From a virus (lineage: Duplodnaviria; Heunggongvirae; Uroviricota; Caudoviricetes), in the IMG/VR virus record IMGVR_UViG_3300034106_001169: a DNA stretch of 56,203 nt. One strand, given 5' to 3'. The notes below the pieces were generated by a model. The model was not told where the DNA came from and did not search any database. It saw nothing but the letters and a program-made list of their open reading frames with translations. Each line of letters opens with the position of its first letter. Position 1 is the first letter of the stretch. Of this stretch, positions 28,019 to 37,317 are shown piece after piece. Made by a program: the position numbers and the translations under genes.

Positions 28019-29560
28019 ATGGGACTATTTAGCCTAAACTGGTTTAAGAGCCAGAAAGAGAAACAGATTCAAGATTTAAAAAATGAAATCAAAATTGCAG
28101 AATTAGAAAAAACATTAGAGAGAACAATTGCTCATCCTAAACCATCAGATACTTTTCAAACTGGTTATAATCCTTTTACTGCTGCTACATGGACACCTGC
28201 ACCAATCTCTAAGCCATATATGAATATAAAGATGGTAAATGATACATTGACTATTATATTAAATGATGGTTCTATTATTACTAAGTCTCCTGCAACTGCA
28301 GGGGATTTTGATAAAGCAAGAGAATGTAAGACAGAATCTTGTTTATTAAGTCTTGTAAGCTCTCCAGAAATAAAAGAAGAAAAGAGAAAAGCTGAAGCTG
28401 AGTATGAGAAAGCTAAAGCTATTCAAAGGGGTGCTGAATTCTTAGCTACCCTTGAGGAATTTGAGATGAAGAACAATGCTTTGTATTTAAAAGGTATCAG
28501 TAGAAGTCTACCTCCATTACTAGTAGAAGAGTTCTTAGAAGTGGTTGGTAAATATGGTGGTACAAAAAATGATGAATTCAATGCTTTGCATAGATTCTTT
28601 ATGTGGTGCTGCTTGAATCCAAGAGCTGAGGTTGCAGATAAGTTATTTACCTTCTTGAAGAAGAATAGCTTTAGCATCACTAAGCAGGGCTTCTTTGTAG
28701 CTTTGAGGAATGTAGTTACATTGCATGGTTCTACAGAATTAGTACAATTCATAAGCAATGCTTATAATAAAGTGAAGGCTGTTTGGAAGAAGAAACCTGA
28801 AGATTACACTGTATTCTTACAAGATGATGGTACATACAAAATGGTTCATAAAGATTTACTTACAAAAGAAGAAACATGTACATATTGTGATGGATCTGGT
28901 TATATTCCAGGGTATGATGAAGATGGTTTTGAGTCAGATGATGATGATAATAGAGAATGTCCAGATTGTGATACTACAGGTAAAGTTAATGTAACTTGTG
29001 AAGATGAATATGGTCAACCTATTGGTAATCTGACAGAACTATATCTTGATCTTCCTAACAGAGCAGAGAATAGATTTACAGATGCTCATACAAGAACATT
29101 TGATATCAGAATTGGTAGACCAGTAAGTATGCCTATGGAAAAGTGCAGATGGAATACTGATGACTGTGGTGCTGAAGGTCTACACTTTACTAGTGATGAG
29201 ATTCATTATGTAGGATGTGGAGATACAAGCGTTCTTGTACTTATTAACCCAATGAAGGTGGTAGGTATTGGTGAGTCTAAGGGTAGATGCTATGAGTATT
29301 TACCAATTATGACTGTGCCACGTGAGGAAGCAACAGACATTTTACATGATCTTGACTTTGATACACTAGAGCTAGATGAGAGTTATGCTGTACGTGAATT
29401 AGATAACTTGGCTGAGAAGGCTAAGGAAGGATTTACAGAAGAGCGTAAGAAGTATGATTTCAATCTCCCTGCTCTATCTGCTGTAGAAGTTTATACAATT
29501 GTAAAGAGTCTTGATGAAATAAAACAAGAAATATCTAAAAGAATTGTAGAAATTGATTAA
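28019..29560 (+). CDS. rIIB: rIIB-like protein with an inserted CxxCxGxG zinc finger
   Basis: ITKQGFFVALRNV, CGAEGLHF, VLINPMKVVGI, KGRCYEY; follows rIIA. Confidence 0.8.
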   Translation: MGLFSLNWFKSQKEKQIQDLKNEIKIAELEKTLERTIAHPKPSDTFQTGYNPFTAATWTPAPISKPYMNIKMVNDTLTIILNDGSIITKSPATAGDFDKARECKTESCLLSLVSSPEIKEEKRKAEAEYEKAKAIQRGAEFLATLEEFEMKNNALYLKGISRSLPPLLVEEFLEVVGKYGGTKNDEFNALHRFFMWCCLNPRAEVADKLFTFLKKNSFSITKQGFFVALRNVVTLHGSTELVQFISNAYNKVKAVWKKKPEDYTVFLQDDGTYKMVHKDLLTKEETCTYCDGSGYIPGYDEDGFESDDDDNRECPDCDTTGKVNVTCEDEYGQPIGNLTELYLDLPNRAENRFTDAHTRTFDIRIGRPVSMPMEKCRWNTDDCGAEGLHFTSDEIHYVGCGDTSVLVLINPMKVVGIGESKGRCYEYLPIMTVPREEATDILHDLDFDTLELDESYAVRELDNLAEKAKEGFTEERKKYDFNLPALSAVEVYTIVKSLDEIKQEISKRIVEID

Positions 29561-29568
29561 ATTTGTAG

Positions 29569-29590
29569 TCCCAGGGATAAAACCCTGGGA
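29569..29590 (+). terminator. GC-rich hairpin after rIIB
   Basis: tcccaggg-ataaaa-ccctggga; no U tract. Confidence 0.45.
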
Positions 29591-29601
29591 TTATATATAT
29601 T

Positions 29602-30021
29602 ATGATAAAAAAGAACGCAACAAAGAGAATCTCTAAAATACCTAGAAAGGTAGTCAGTAAAACAAGATGCCATGGGACCATGACAGAGTCAGCATTTTGG
29701 AGCTTTATACGCAGTGCACTTAGACAAAAGTCTAGATTTTGGAAGCCTATTACAGAATGCAAGCTTAAAGCACGCAGATTGTACAAGGGCACAAATAAGA
29801 GACAAAAGTTTGAGTATCAATGCAATGTGTGTAAAAACTGGTTCATAGAGAAGAAAATAAATGTTGACCACATTAATGCTGCAGGTAGCTTAAGAAGCTC
29901 AAAAGACCTGCCAGGATTTGTAGAGAGATTATTCTGTGAGGTAGACAACTTACAAGTCTTATGTGAAAAATGCCATGACAAAAAAACAAAAGCAGATAAA
30001 CATGAAAAGGACAATTATTAA
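29602..30021 (+). CDS. HNH endonuclease
   Basis: YQCNVC...NVDHI...NLQVLCEKCHDKKT. Confidence 0.88.
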   Translation: MIKKNATKRISKIPRKVVSKTRCHGTMTESAFWSFIRSALRQKSRFWKPITECKLKARRLYKGTNKRQKFEYQCNVCKNWFIEKKINVDHINAAGSLRSSKDLPGFVERLFCEVDNLQVLCEKCHDKKTKADKHEKDNY

Positions 30022-30250
30022 ACTTCACAACAAGAAGTTTGCTGATCTAGTAGATCACAATGTAAGAGAATGTATTCAAAAGAAAGAAAACTATGAAATT
30101 GAATACAGAGGTAAGTCAATGATACTTACACCAGAAGAACTCAAAACAAAATGTGTTGGCAGACAGTATATTGCTGAGCCAAAGTTTGGGGATAAGCCAT
30201 ATCATTTGCTATCCTATCTTTGGGAACCCACTAAAATATCAGAAAAATGA
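30002..30250 (+). CDS. Hypothetical protein (start likely 30002)
   Basis: In-frame ATG overlapping the HNH end. Confidence 0.6.
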   Translation: MKRTIIKLHNKKFADLVDHNVRECIQKKENYEIEYRGKSMILTPEELKTKCVGRQYIAEPKFGDKPYHLLSYLWEPTKISEK

Positions 30251-30528
30251 GTAATGATGAACAAGTAGTAGTTTCTATTAACAGACAGCCATCTTTTACA
30301 GAGATATGGCATGAAGGCTCTGTTACATATAATGAAACAGAATACATGTTCTGGTTAATCAATCCAAGAGGACTTGATGACCAAGGACGTGAATATGAAA
30401 TGGAGATAAGATGGTGGTTCAAACAAGTACCTAAAGAACTTAGATCCATGAGTGAACAGATTATTAAAGACTTTAAAGAAAACAGACATGATAGTCCAAA
30501 CAGTACACGAGATTCTAAATCCATTTGA
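30247..30528 (+). CDS. Hypothetical protein
   Basis: ATGA coupling. Confidence 0.7.
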   Translation: MSNDEQVVVSINRQPSFTEIWHEGSVTYNETEYMFWLINPRGLDDQGREYEMEIRWWFKQVPKELRSMSEQIIKDFKENRHDSPNSTRDSKSI

Positions 30529-30778
30529 TGTAGAAGTTAAACAATTAGGATATGGTGTGGCATTGTTTATGATTGTAGGTAGTATTCATTCTAATCCTCA
30601 ATTTATTGTAAGGTTTTATAACACAGGACAGCTTAGAACTGTTGATCAAAATGATCTTTCTGTGTATGGTAATCCCACTGCAGGAGAAGATTTGATTCCA
30701 GATCCTGATGTTGTAAGTAAATTACCACCAAATGCAAGAAGAAACATGGATTTTTTAAACAAACAAAAAGACAAATGA
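30488..30778 (+). CDS. Hypothetical beta-rich phage protein (start likely 30488)
   Basis: HEILNPFDVEVKQLGYGVALFMI...TGQLRTVDQND. Confidence 0.65.
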   Translation: MIVQTVHEILNPFDVEVKQLGYGVALFMIVGSIHSNPQFIVRFYNTGQLRTVDQNDLSVYGNPTAGEDLIPDPDVVSKLPPNARRNMDFLNKQKDK

Positions 30779-31818
30779 TACAAGGAACAGTAAAAACAGA
30801 AGCTCAATACAGAGCAATTTATCTAGATAGTAGTTCTAGTTTAAAGGATTTCTCCACAGACAGGAGAAAATACCATAAGAAATATATACTTAACGAAGTA
30901 GTTGAGGATGAAGACAGTAAAGCTGCCACAATGGGCAGAATGGTGGAGACATTACTAATGGAACCACATTTATTTGATGAGAGATTTCATTTATCTACAT
31001 GCATGACTACACCCACTGGTCTTATGTTAGAGTTTGTAGAAGCTTTATATAAGCACACTGCAGAAGCTACAGCTGACGATGGTACCATCACTAGAAGCTT
31101 TGAAGACTTAGCTAAGGATGCCTATGCAGATTCAGGGTTTAAGATTAAACTAGAGGCTGTGTTGACTAAGTTTATAGGATCTGAAGCTGAGATATACTAC
31201 AAAGAGATTAGAGAGGTGAGAAGCAAAGGATTGACAGTGGTAGCTACACAAGATGTCACAAATGCTGAAAAGATTGTGACAGAGTTAAAGACTAATCCAG
31301 TCACAGCAGACATTGTAAACTTAGTAAATGATGTACAGTATTCTGTGCACAATCAGTTACAAGTGGAAGGCTATGAAGTGTTTGGTCATATGTTCAAGAG
31401 CATGATGGATTTGGTACATGTAGATCACGCAAATAAGAAAGTACAAGTGTATGATCTTAAATGTACATGGTCTGTAGAGAACTTCTACAATGAGTATTAC
31501 CTTTATAGAAGAGCATACATCCAAGGATTTTTATATCATAAAGCTGCAGAGTCTTGGGCTAGTGAAATGGGATATGGAGATTATAAAATACTCCATCCTA
31601 AGTTTATTGTTTGTGACAGCACAAACTATATGAATCCTTTGATTTATGCAATGTCTGATATAAATATGGTGGATGCTCGTGCTGGATTTGAGCATAAGGG
31701 AAGAGAATATCCAGGTGTTCAACAACTCATTGAAGATCTTAAATGGGCTTTAGAGAATGACAAATGGAACATATCACAAGAAAACTATTTATCTAATGGC
31801 ATTGTAAAACTAGGATAA
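30775..31818 (+). CDS. PD-(D/E)XK exonuclease (Exo VIII / RecE-like)
   Basis: DSSSSLKDF, ATMGRMVETLLME, FKSMMDLVHVDH...VYDLK, YLYRRAYIQ. Confidence 0.75.
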   Translation: MIQGTVKTEAQYRAIYLDSSSSLKDFSTDRRKYHKKYILNEVVEDEDSKAATMGRMVETLLMEPHLFDERFHLSTCMTTPTGLMLEFVEALYKHTAEATADDGTITRSFEDLAKDAYADSGFKIKLEAVLTKFIGSEAEIYYKEIREVRSKGLTVVATQDVTNAEKIVTELKTNPVTADIVNLVNDVQYSVHNQLQVEGYEVFGHMFKSMMDLVHVDHANKKVQVYDLKCTWSVENFYNEYYLYRRAYIQGFLYHKAAESWASEMGYGDYKILHPKFIVCDSTNYMNPLIYAMSDINMVDARAGFEHKGREYPGVQQLIEDLKWALENDKWNISQENYLSNGIVKLG

Positions 31819-31823
31819 CGCAC

Positions 31824-32375
31824 ATGGAGAGAAAACACACAATCACTAGCATATTCATTGTACCAACTCTTAGCATTGGCAAAGATAAGTTGATAGACAA
31901 TGGATTTGTAAATGGATATATAAAAGATGGTAAAAGAGATATACAGTATGAAAATGCTGTGTATCTTTTATTTAAGCCAACAGATTTAGATAAGTTTAGA
32001 GAGTTTCTAGATGGACAGTATGAAAAAACTAAATCTATTATAGATGACTATGACTATGAAGATGGTTACGTAGTGGTTGTTTATGAAATAAATCCTAGAC
32101 TTAAGAATGATGTAGAATTAATAAAACAGGGTAAATATTCCCAAACTTCTAAGAAATTTCAGGAGATTTTCCCTAAAGTTGTTAAAATTAGAAAGAATGG
32201 ATTAAGTAGAGATGAGATATCTCTTCAATTCAGAGTCTTTAACAAAACAGAAGATCTTGTGCAATTTTGGGAAGATAAGCTAGGTGTTGAGCTTCCAGAG
32301 GACGTGGAAGTTTGGCATGGTTTCTTTGATGAATTTGAAACGTTAGACCTTGATAAAATTAAAGAATATGTATAA
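31824..32375 (+). CDS. Hypothetical protein
   Basis: 183 aa ORF in operon. Confidence 0.75.
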   Translation: MERKHTITSIFIVPTLSIGKDKLIDNGFVNGYIKDGKRDIQYENAVYLLFKPTDLDKFREFLDGQYEKTKSIIDDYDYEDGYVVVVYEINPRLKNDVELIKQGKYSQTSKKFQEIFPKVVKIRKNGLSRDEISLQFRVFNKTEDLVQFWEDKLGVELPEDVEVWHGFFDEFETLDLDKIKEYV

Positions 32376-32574
32376 CAGTGAAATACTAGACCATCTAATC
32401 AGTAAATATGGTATAGATGATGTAATTAAATTCTGTGACATGGAGAGCGAAAAGAATTCTCTCCTAGCAGGATCAGTTGATAAAGACAAGCAGCACCATC
32501 CAGAACCTAACGAATGGAAGTTTGAGAGAGACTGGTGGGCTCAATCAGGTAAACAATTAAAAAGCAGAATATGA
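32368..32574 (+). CDS. Hypothetical protein (start likely 32368)
   Basis: In-frame ATG overlapping the upstream stop. Confidence 0.6.
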   Translation: MYNSEILDHLISKYGIDDVIKFCDMESEKNSLLAGSVDKDKQHHPEPNEWKFERDWWAQSGKQLKSRI

Positions 32575-32924
32575 AAGGACTAGAATTATTAGAAGCCTAT
32601 CCTAAAGCAGCTAAAGTTATCAACGAATTCTATCGTAGTAAAATGATGAATTCAATGGAAACTGATGATGTACCAGATGAGTTCAAGGAAATGTTGAAAG
32701 AACAAGAGTTTGATAATCAATACATTGCCACATTTATAGATTCAAGTCCTAGATTTTTGTTTGATGTATTTGATGATCATGAAATATATATTAATATTAG
32801 TGCACCTAAGTTTTCTTTTTCTATTGGTACTGGAGGTGTAATTTCTGGAACTTTGAAAACTAGAAAAGAAGCTGAAAAAGCAGCTATAGAACATGCATTT
32901 CAACTTTTAAATGACAAGTTATGA
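32571..32924 (+). CDS. Hypothetical protein
   Basis: ATGA coupling. Confidence 0.7.
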   Translation: MKGLELLEAYPKAAKVINEFYRSKMMNSMETDDVPDEFKEMLKEQEFDNQYIATFIDSSPRFLFDVFDDHEIYINISAPKFSFSIGTGGVISGTLKTRKEAEKAAIEHAFQLLNDKL

Positions 32925-33172
32925 GTGACCAAATAGTATTGGAGGTGATTGAGAAGTATGCTCAGCGTAGTGAAATAGGGATGGCCAAGTATGGCACCAC
33001 CCTAGAATCTAATAATAAGGATAATTATCTTAAGCACCTACAAGAAGAACTGATGGATGCCACACTTTATTTACAGAAGTTAATGACTTTGAATAAGGAA
33101 ATAACTAAATTAGTTAGAGATCATTCCAATGATGCAGAACTTGGTTACAAAATAAGAGATTTAGTTAGATAG
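32921..33172 (+). CDS. All-alpha NTP pyrophosphohydrolase (MazG-like fold) candidate
   Basis: RSEIGMAKYGTTL...YLKHLQEELMDATLYLQK (EExxD acidic motif). Confidence 0.6.
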   Translation: MSDQIVLEVIEKYAQRSEIGMAKYGTTLESNNKDNYLKHLQEELMDATLYLQKLMTLNKEITKLVRDHSNDAELGYKIRDLVR

Positions 33173-33186
33173 AATTTTAAAAATGT

Positions 33187-33234
33187 CTTGGTTTGTATGA
33201 AGGGCTGTTGTATATTCGCAGCCCTTCATTTTTT
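33187..33234 (+). terminator. Terminator hairpin with an overlapping promoter in its loop
   Basis: Stem atgaagggctg 33197-33207 / cagcccttcat 33219-33229 plus T6; CTTG (33187-33190)-N20-TATATTCG (33211-33218) is a near-consensus Bacteroidota promoter. Confidence 0.65.
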
Positions 33235-33256
33235 AACTAATAAAACACAAATTAAC

Positions 33257-35110
33257 ATGGATTTAGGATTAGAAGCCTTGAGCAAAATTACCATTTTTAG
33301 TAAGTACGCAAAGTACATCCCTGAACTAAAAAGAAGAGAGACATGGGACGAGATAGTAGACAGATATGAGAACATGATGGTTAAGAAGTATCCTAATCTA
33401 GAGACACAAATCAAAGACAGTGCTACATTCATCAGAAAGAAGAAGGTCTTACCTTCTATGAGAGCTCTTCAGTTTGCAGGACCTGCAGCTGAGGTTAACA
33501 ACTCACGCATTTACAACTGTTGTTTCCTACCAATTGATAGTGTTCATAGCTTCAGTGAGACTATGTTCCTATTATTAGGAGGTACAGGAGTGGGTTATTC
33601 TGTACAGAAGCACCACGTAGACCAACTACCTACAATTATTAAGCATGAGCGTTACAAGAACAGAAACTGGCTTATTGAAGACAGTATTATGGGCTGGGCT
33701 GATGCTGTAAAGGTCTTGATGAAGTTCTATTTTGAAGGTGGTCTTAAGCCTAAGTTTGACTTTAGAGCTATTAGACACAAAGGAGCACGATTAGTGACAG
33801 CTGGTGGTAAAGCACCTGGTCCTGAGCCATTAAAGATTTGTCTAGCACACATAGACGCAGTTATGGAACGTAAGGAGAATGGATCAAAGCTTACACCTTT
33901 AGAATGTCATGATATCTTATGTCATATTGCTAACTCTGTGTTAGCAGGTGGTATCAGAAGATCAGCTATGATTGCTTTATTTAGCCATGATGATGAAGAG
34001 ATGATTACATGTAAGTATGGCAACTGGTGGGAACTGAACGAACAACGTGGTAGAGCTAATAACTCAGCTGTTCTAGAAAGAGAAACAGTGGGAGAAGAGG
34101 AATTCCAATCCTTATGGAAAAGAATTGAAGCTTCTGGTTCTGGTGAGCCTGGTATCTATTGGACAAATAACAAAGATTGGGGAACTAATCCTTGCTGTGA
34201 GATAGGACTTAGACCATTTCAGTTCTGTAACCTATGTGAAGTGAATGTATCTGATATTACATGTCAGGAAGATCTTAACGATAGAGTGACAGCAGCTGCA
34301 TTCTTTGGTACATTACAGGCAGGATTTACAGACTTTCATTACCTACGTGACGTATGGAAGATGACAACCTTTAGAGACGCTCTATTAGGCATAGGAATGA
34401 CTGGTATAGCTTCTGGTGAGGTGCTACAATACAACCTAGAAGTGGCTGCTAAGATAGCTGTAAAGACAAACCAATTAGTTTCTGAAACAATTGGCACCAA
34501 TGAGGCAGCTCGTGTAACATGTATCAAGCCTTCAGGCACAACTAGTCTTGTTCTTGGAACAGCTAGTGGTATCCACGCTTGGCATGCTCCACATTACTTA
34601 CGTACAATGAGATTTAACAAGAGTGAAGACTTAGCTGCATACTTAGCAGTTAACCATCCTGAACTATGTGAAGATGATGTGTTACGTCCTAAGGATACAG
34701 TTTGTGTAAGAATTCCTGTTAAGGCTCCAGAGGGATCAATATTTAGAACAGAATCTTCTATTGAAACATTAGAGCGTGTTAAAAGATTTGCTACAGAATG
34801 GATATTGCCAGGACATATTGAAGGTGATAATACACATAATGTCTCAGCTACAATATCTATAGATAGTAATTGGGAAGAAGTGGGTCAATGGATGTGGGAT
34901 AACAGAGCACATTACAATGGCTTATCTGTTTTACCATTCTTTGGTGGCACTTATAAACAAGCTCCTTTTGAAGATATTACAGAAGAGGAATACAATGCAC
35001 GCATTAACACATTGAAATCCATAGACTTAACTAAGGTGATGGAAATGGATGACAGCGTTGACTTTGGTCAAGTGGCAGCTTGTGCTGGTGGTGCTTGTGA
35101 AATACAATAA
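33257..35110 (+). CDS. nrdJ: Class II (adenosylcobalamin-dependent) ribonucleotide reductase, monomeric type
   Basis: LPSMRALQFAG, YNCC, GGTGVG, GGIRRSA, GTNPCCEI, FCNL, TCIKPSGTTS, C-terminal CAGGAC; no class I beta subunit nearby. Likely start MDLGLE at 33257. Confidence 0.88.
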   Translation: MDLGLEALSKITIFSKYAKYIPELKRRETWDEIVDRYENMMVKKYPNLETQIKDSATFIRKKKVLPSMRALQFAGPAAEVNNSRIYNCCFLPIDSVHSFSETMFLLLGGTGVGYSVQKHHVDQLPTIIKHERYKNRNWLIEDSIMGWADAVKVLMKFYFEGGLKPKFDFRAIRHKGARLVTAGGKAPGPEPLKICLAHIDAVMERKENGSKLTPLECHDILCHIANSVLAGGIRRSAMIALFSHDDEEMITCKYGNWWELNEQRGRANNSAVLERETVGEEEFQSLWKRIEASGSGEPGIYWTNNKDWGTNPCCEIGLRPFQFCNLCEVNVSDITCQEDLNDRVTAAAFFGTLQAGFTDFHYLRDVWKMTTFRDALLGIGMTGIASGEVLQYNLEVAAKIAVKTNQLVSETIGTNEAARVTCIKPSGTTSLVLGTASGIHAWHAPHYLRTMRFNKSEDLAAYLAVNHPELCEDDVLRPKDTVCVRIPVKAPEGSIFRTESSIETLERVKRFATEWILPGHIEGDNTHNVSATISIDSNWEEVGQWMWDNRAHYNGLSVLPFFGGTYKQAPFEDITEEEYNARINTLKSIDLTKVMEMDDSVDFGQVAACAGGACEIQ

Positions 35111-35111
35111 T

Positions 35112-35291
35112 ATGGAAAAGAAAGAATTCATAAAAGATGTTGATTATTATCTTGAAGATGGTTTTGTAGTCTTTACAGAGAAGTATCATATAGAAAAAGG
35201 AGAGTGCTGTGGTAATGACTGCAGACACTGTCCATATGAGAAACCTGCTATAAAAGGCAACAAAATGTTAGTAGATGATAAAATAAGATAA
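35112..35291 (+). CDS. Small Cys-rich protein (DUF5522-like)
   Basis: DYYLEDGFVVFTEKYHIEKGECCGNDCRHCPY; start ATG 35112. Confidence 0.75.
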   Translation: MEKKEFIKDVDYYLEDGFVVFTEKYHIEKGECCGNDCRHCPYEKPAIKGNKMLVDDKIR

Positions 35292-35296
35292 AATAG

Positions 35297-35330
35297 TTTG
35301 CGTGTATATGCATAAATGTGCGTATGTTTG
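35297..35330 (+). promoter_or_regulatory. Candidate Bacteroidota promoter
   Basis: TTTG (35297-35300)-N22-TATGTTTG (35323-35330); spacer one nt longer than usual. Confidence 0.45.
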
Positions 35331-35356
35331 CATCTCTGTTTTTCGTTAATTGTGTC

Positions 35357-35393
35357 AGCCCCTGGGATTTCTATCTTGGGGGCTTTATTTTTT
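35357..35393 (+). terminator. Intrinsic terminator
   Basis: agcccctgggat-ttct-atcttgggggct plus ttatttttt. Confidence 0.8.
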
Positions 35394-35404
35394 AACGAAA
35401 AAAG

Positions 35405-35436
35405 TATGGAAATATCAGAGAAAAGTAGTAAATTTG
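35405..35436 (+). promoter_or_regulatory. Candidate promoter for the recA operon
   Basis: TATG-N20-TAAATTTG (35429-35436), 19 nt upstream of the recA ATG. Confidence 0.55.
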
Positions 35437-35454
35437 TATACAAAATTAACAATT

Positions 35455-36486
35455 ATGGCGAAAGCAGTAAAACAACCAACAGACAGTGGTGTCTCTAAAC
35501 TCCAAGACGCTTTGGATAAATTAAACAAAGCATATGGTACAGGTACAGTGTTATCATTAGATTCAAAAACAGATGGACATTATGATGTTATCAGTACAGG
35601 TTCAATTGGATTTGATTGGACTACATTAGGAACAGGAGGATTTGTAAAAGGTAAGATGTATGAACTAATGGGATGGGAAGGTTCAGGTAAATCTACAATT
35701 TGTGGTCATGCAGTTGCTGAATGTCAAAAGGCAGGAGGCAGAGTAGTTTACATTGATGGCGAGCATGCTGTTGATAAAAACTATTTTGAAGCAATTGGTG
35801 TAGACACAACCAAGATGTTAATTGCTCAACCAAGTTGTGGTGAGGAAGGTTTTAACATTGCAATGGATATGATTGCTACAGGAGAAGTTGATTTAATTAT
35901 CATTGACTCAGATAGTTCTTTACTACCTAAGAAAGTTATTGATGGTGAAGTGGGTGACAGTGCAATTGGTAAGAAGGCTGTGTTAAATAACAATGCCTAT
36001 CCAAAACTAAAAGGTGCCCTATCACAACACAATGTATGTGTGATTGTCATCTCTCAATATCGTGAGAAGATTGGTGTGATGTTTGGTAATCCAACTACAA
36101 CACAAGGTGGACATGCATTGAAGTTCTACACAGATGTAAGAATTGAAGTGAGCAAAACTGGTGCCAAGGATGGTGATGTACAATATGGTAATTTCACTAA
36201 GGTGAAGGCTATTAAGAATAAGATGAGTCCTCCATATAAACTATCTACATTTGAGATTGTGTATGGTGTAGGTATTGATAAAGTGAAAGAGATTATGGAA
36301 CTTCTTAATGAGTTTGAACTTGGTAGAAAGTATGGTAAGACTATGACATTTAATGATATTAAATATGACTTAGATGACTTTAAAAGAATGCTTGTTGATA
36401 ATGAGGAATTCTATAATGAAATCAAACAAAGCATCATTAATAAGATTAAACAACCTAAAATTGAATTAGCAGATGTTGAAGATTAA
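35455..36486 (+). CDS. recA: RecA recombinase
   Basis: ISTGSIGFD, GWEGSGKST (Walker A), YIDGEHAVD, LLIAQP-like MLIAQP, IIIDSDS, ISQYREKIGVMFGNPTTTQGGHALKFY. Start MAKAVK at 35455. Confidence 0.95.
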   Translation: MAKAVKQPTDSGVSKLQDALDKLNKAYGTGTVLSLDSKTDGHYDVISTGSIGFDWTTLGTGGFVKGKMYELMGWEGSGKSTICGHAVAECQKAGGRVVYIDGEHAVDKNYFEAIGVDTTKMLIAQPSCGEEGFNIAMDMIATGEVDLIIIDSDSSLLPKKVIDGEVGDSAIGKKAVLNNNAYPKLKGALSQHNVCVIVISQYREKIGVMFGNPTTTQGGHALKFYTDVRIEVSKTGAKDGDVQYGNFTKVKAIKNKMSPPYKLSTFEIVYGVGIDKVKEIMELLNEFELGRKYGKTMTFNDIKYDLDDFKRMLVDNEEFYNEIKQSIINKIKQPKIELADVED

Positions 36487-36925
36487 ACTACAAAAGACAA
36501 CAGAGGATGCAAACATGCCATTTAAAGCATCCTCTGATGCTGCTTGCTATGATGTATATGCTCATAGCATTATCAGTAAAGAAGAAGGTAAAGTACATGT
36601 AGGACTTGGATTTAAAACTGAAATCCCTAAGGGATATAAAGGCATTCTAGTTCCACGCAGTAACTTAACTAAATACTTTTGGATGATGAACAACTCCTTT
36701 GGTGTAATTGATGCTGATTACAGAGGAGAGTGGATGGCAATATTTACACAAATTCCTGTTCCTTTAGGTTCTCATGAAGGCAAAACATCATTTCCTTACA
36801 ATGTAGGTGATAGAGTGGGTCAAATATTCTTTGAACCTGTAATACCTATATCTTTTGAAGTGGTGCCTGAGCTAGAGCAATCTGATAGAGGTGAAGGAGG
36901 ATTTGGTTCAACTGGTTTGAAATGA
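36473..36925 (+). CDS. dut: Trimeric dUTPase
   Basis: ACYDVYA, VPRSN, GVIDADYRGE, RVGQI, RGEGGFGSTG. Confidence 0.96.
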   Translation: MLKIKLQKTTEDANMPFKASSDAACYDVYAHSIISKEEGKVHVGLGFKTEIPKGYKGILVPRSNLTKYFWMMNNSFGVIDADYRGEWMAIFTQIPVPLGSHEGKTSFPYNVGDRVGQIFFEPVIPISFEVVPELEQSDRGEGGFGSTGLK

Positions 36926-37317
36926 GTAAATGCAAAACCTGTGGTAAAAACTGTGAAGGAGACTATTGTTTTCAGCACAAGCCTAGAAAACCTCTAAAAG
37001 CTACTAGTGGCTTTACAAAATCTGTCAAGAAAGAAGACCCAATTCGAAAGAATATAGAGATGAAGGACTTTTTCTTACAGATTTGGAAAGATAGACCCCA
37101 TAAATCTGAGATTAGTGGATTGCCTTTAGGATCTGAGCCTTTGTCAACGTTCTTTCATCACATTCTACCAAAAAATAAATATCTAGAAGCTTCTTTAGAT
37201 GAAGAAAATATCATACTTTTGACGTGGGAAGAACATGACCAGGTAGAAAATGATACAACTAGGTACGAAGAAGTAAACAAAAGACGTGAACAATTAAAGA
37301 AAAAGTATGATATATAG
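36922..37317 (+). CDS. Zinc-finger plus HNH-like nuclease fold protein
   Basis: CKTCGKNC...CFQH; FHHILPK...ENIILLTWEEHDQVE. Confidence 0.6.
   Translation: MSKCKTCGKNCEGDYCFQHKPRKPLKATSGFTKSVKKEDPIRKNIEMKDFFLQIWKDRPHKSEISGLPLGSEPLSTFFHHILPKNKYLEASLDEENIILLTWEEHDQVENDTTRYEEVNKRREQLKKKYDI

Noticed and set aside
29602-30021. HNH gene as a mobile homing endonuclease
   Set aside because: Short stand-alone HNH with its own leader, not interrupting a conserved gene; more consistent with a resident recombination or packaging nuclease.
33110-33257. Cobalamin riboswitch upstream of nrdJ
   Set aside because: The intergenic gap is only about 85 nt and lacks B12-box conserved elements.
5618-35110. Introns or inteins in terL, polB, primase, helicase or nrdJ
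   Set aside because: Each is one ORF of ordinary size with motifs at normal spacing; no LAGLIDADG or HINT signatures seen.
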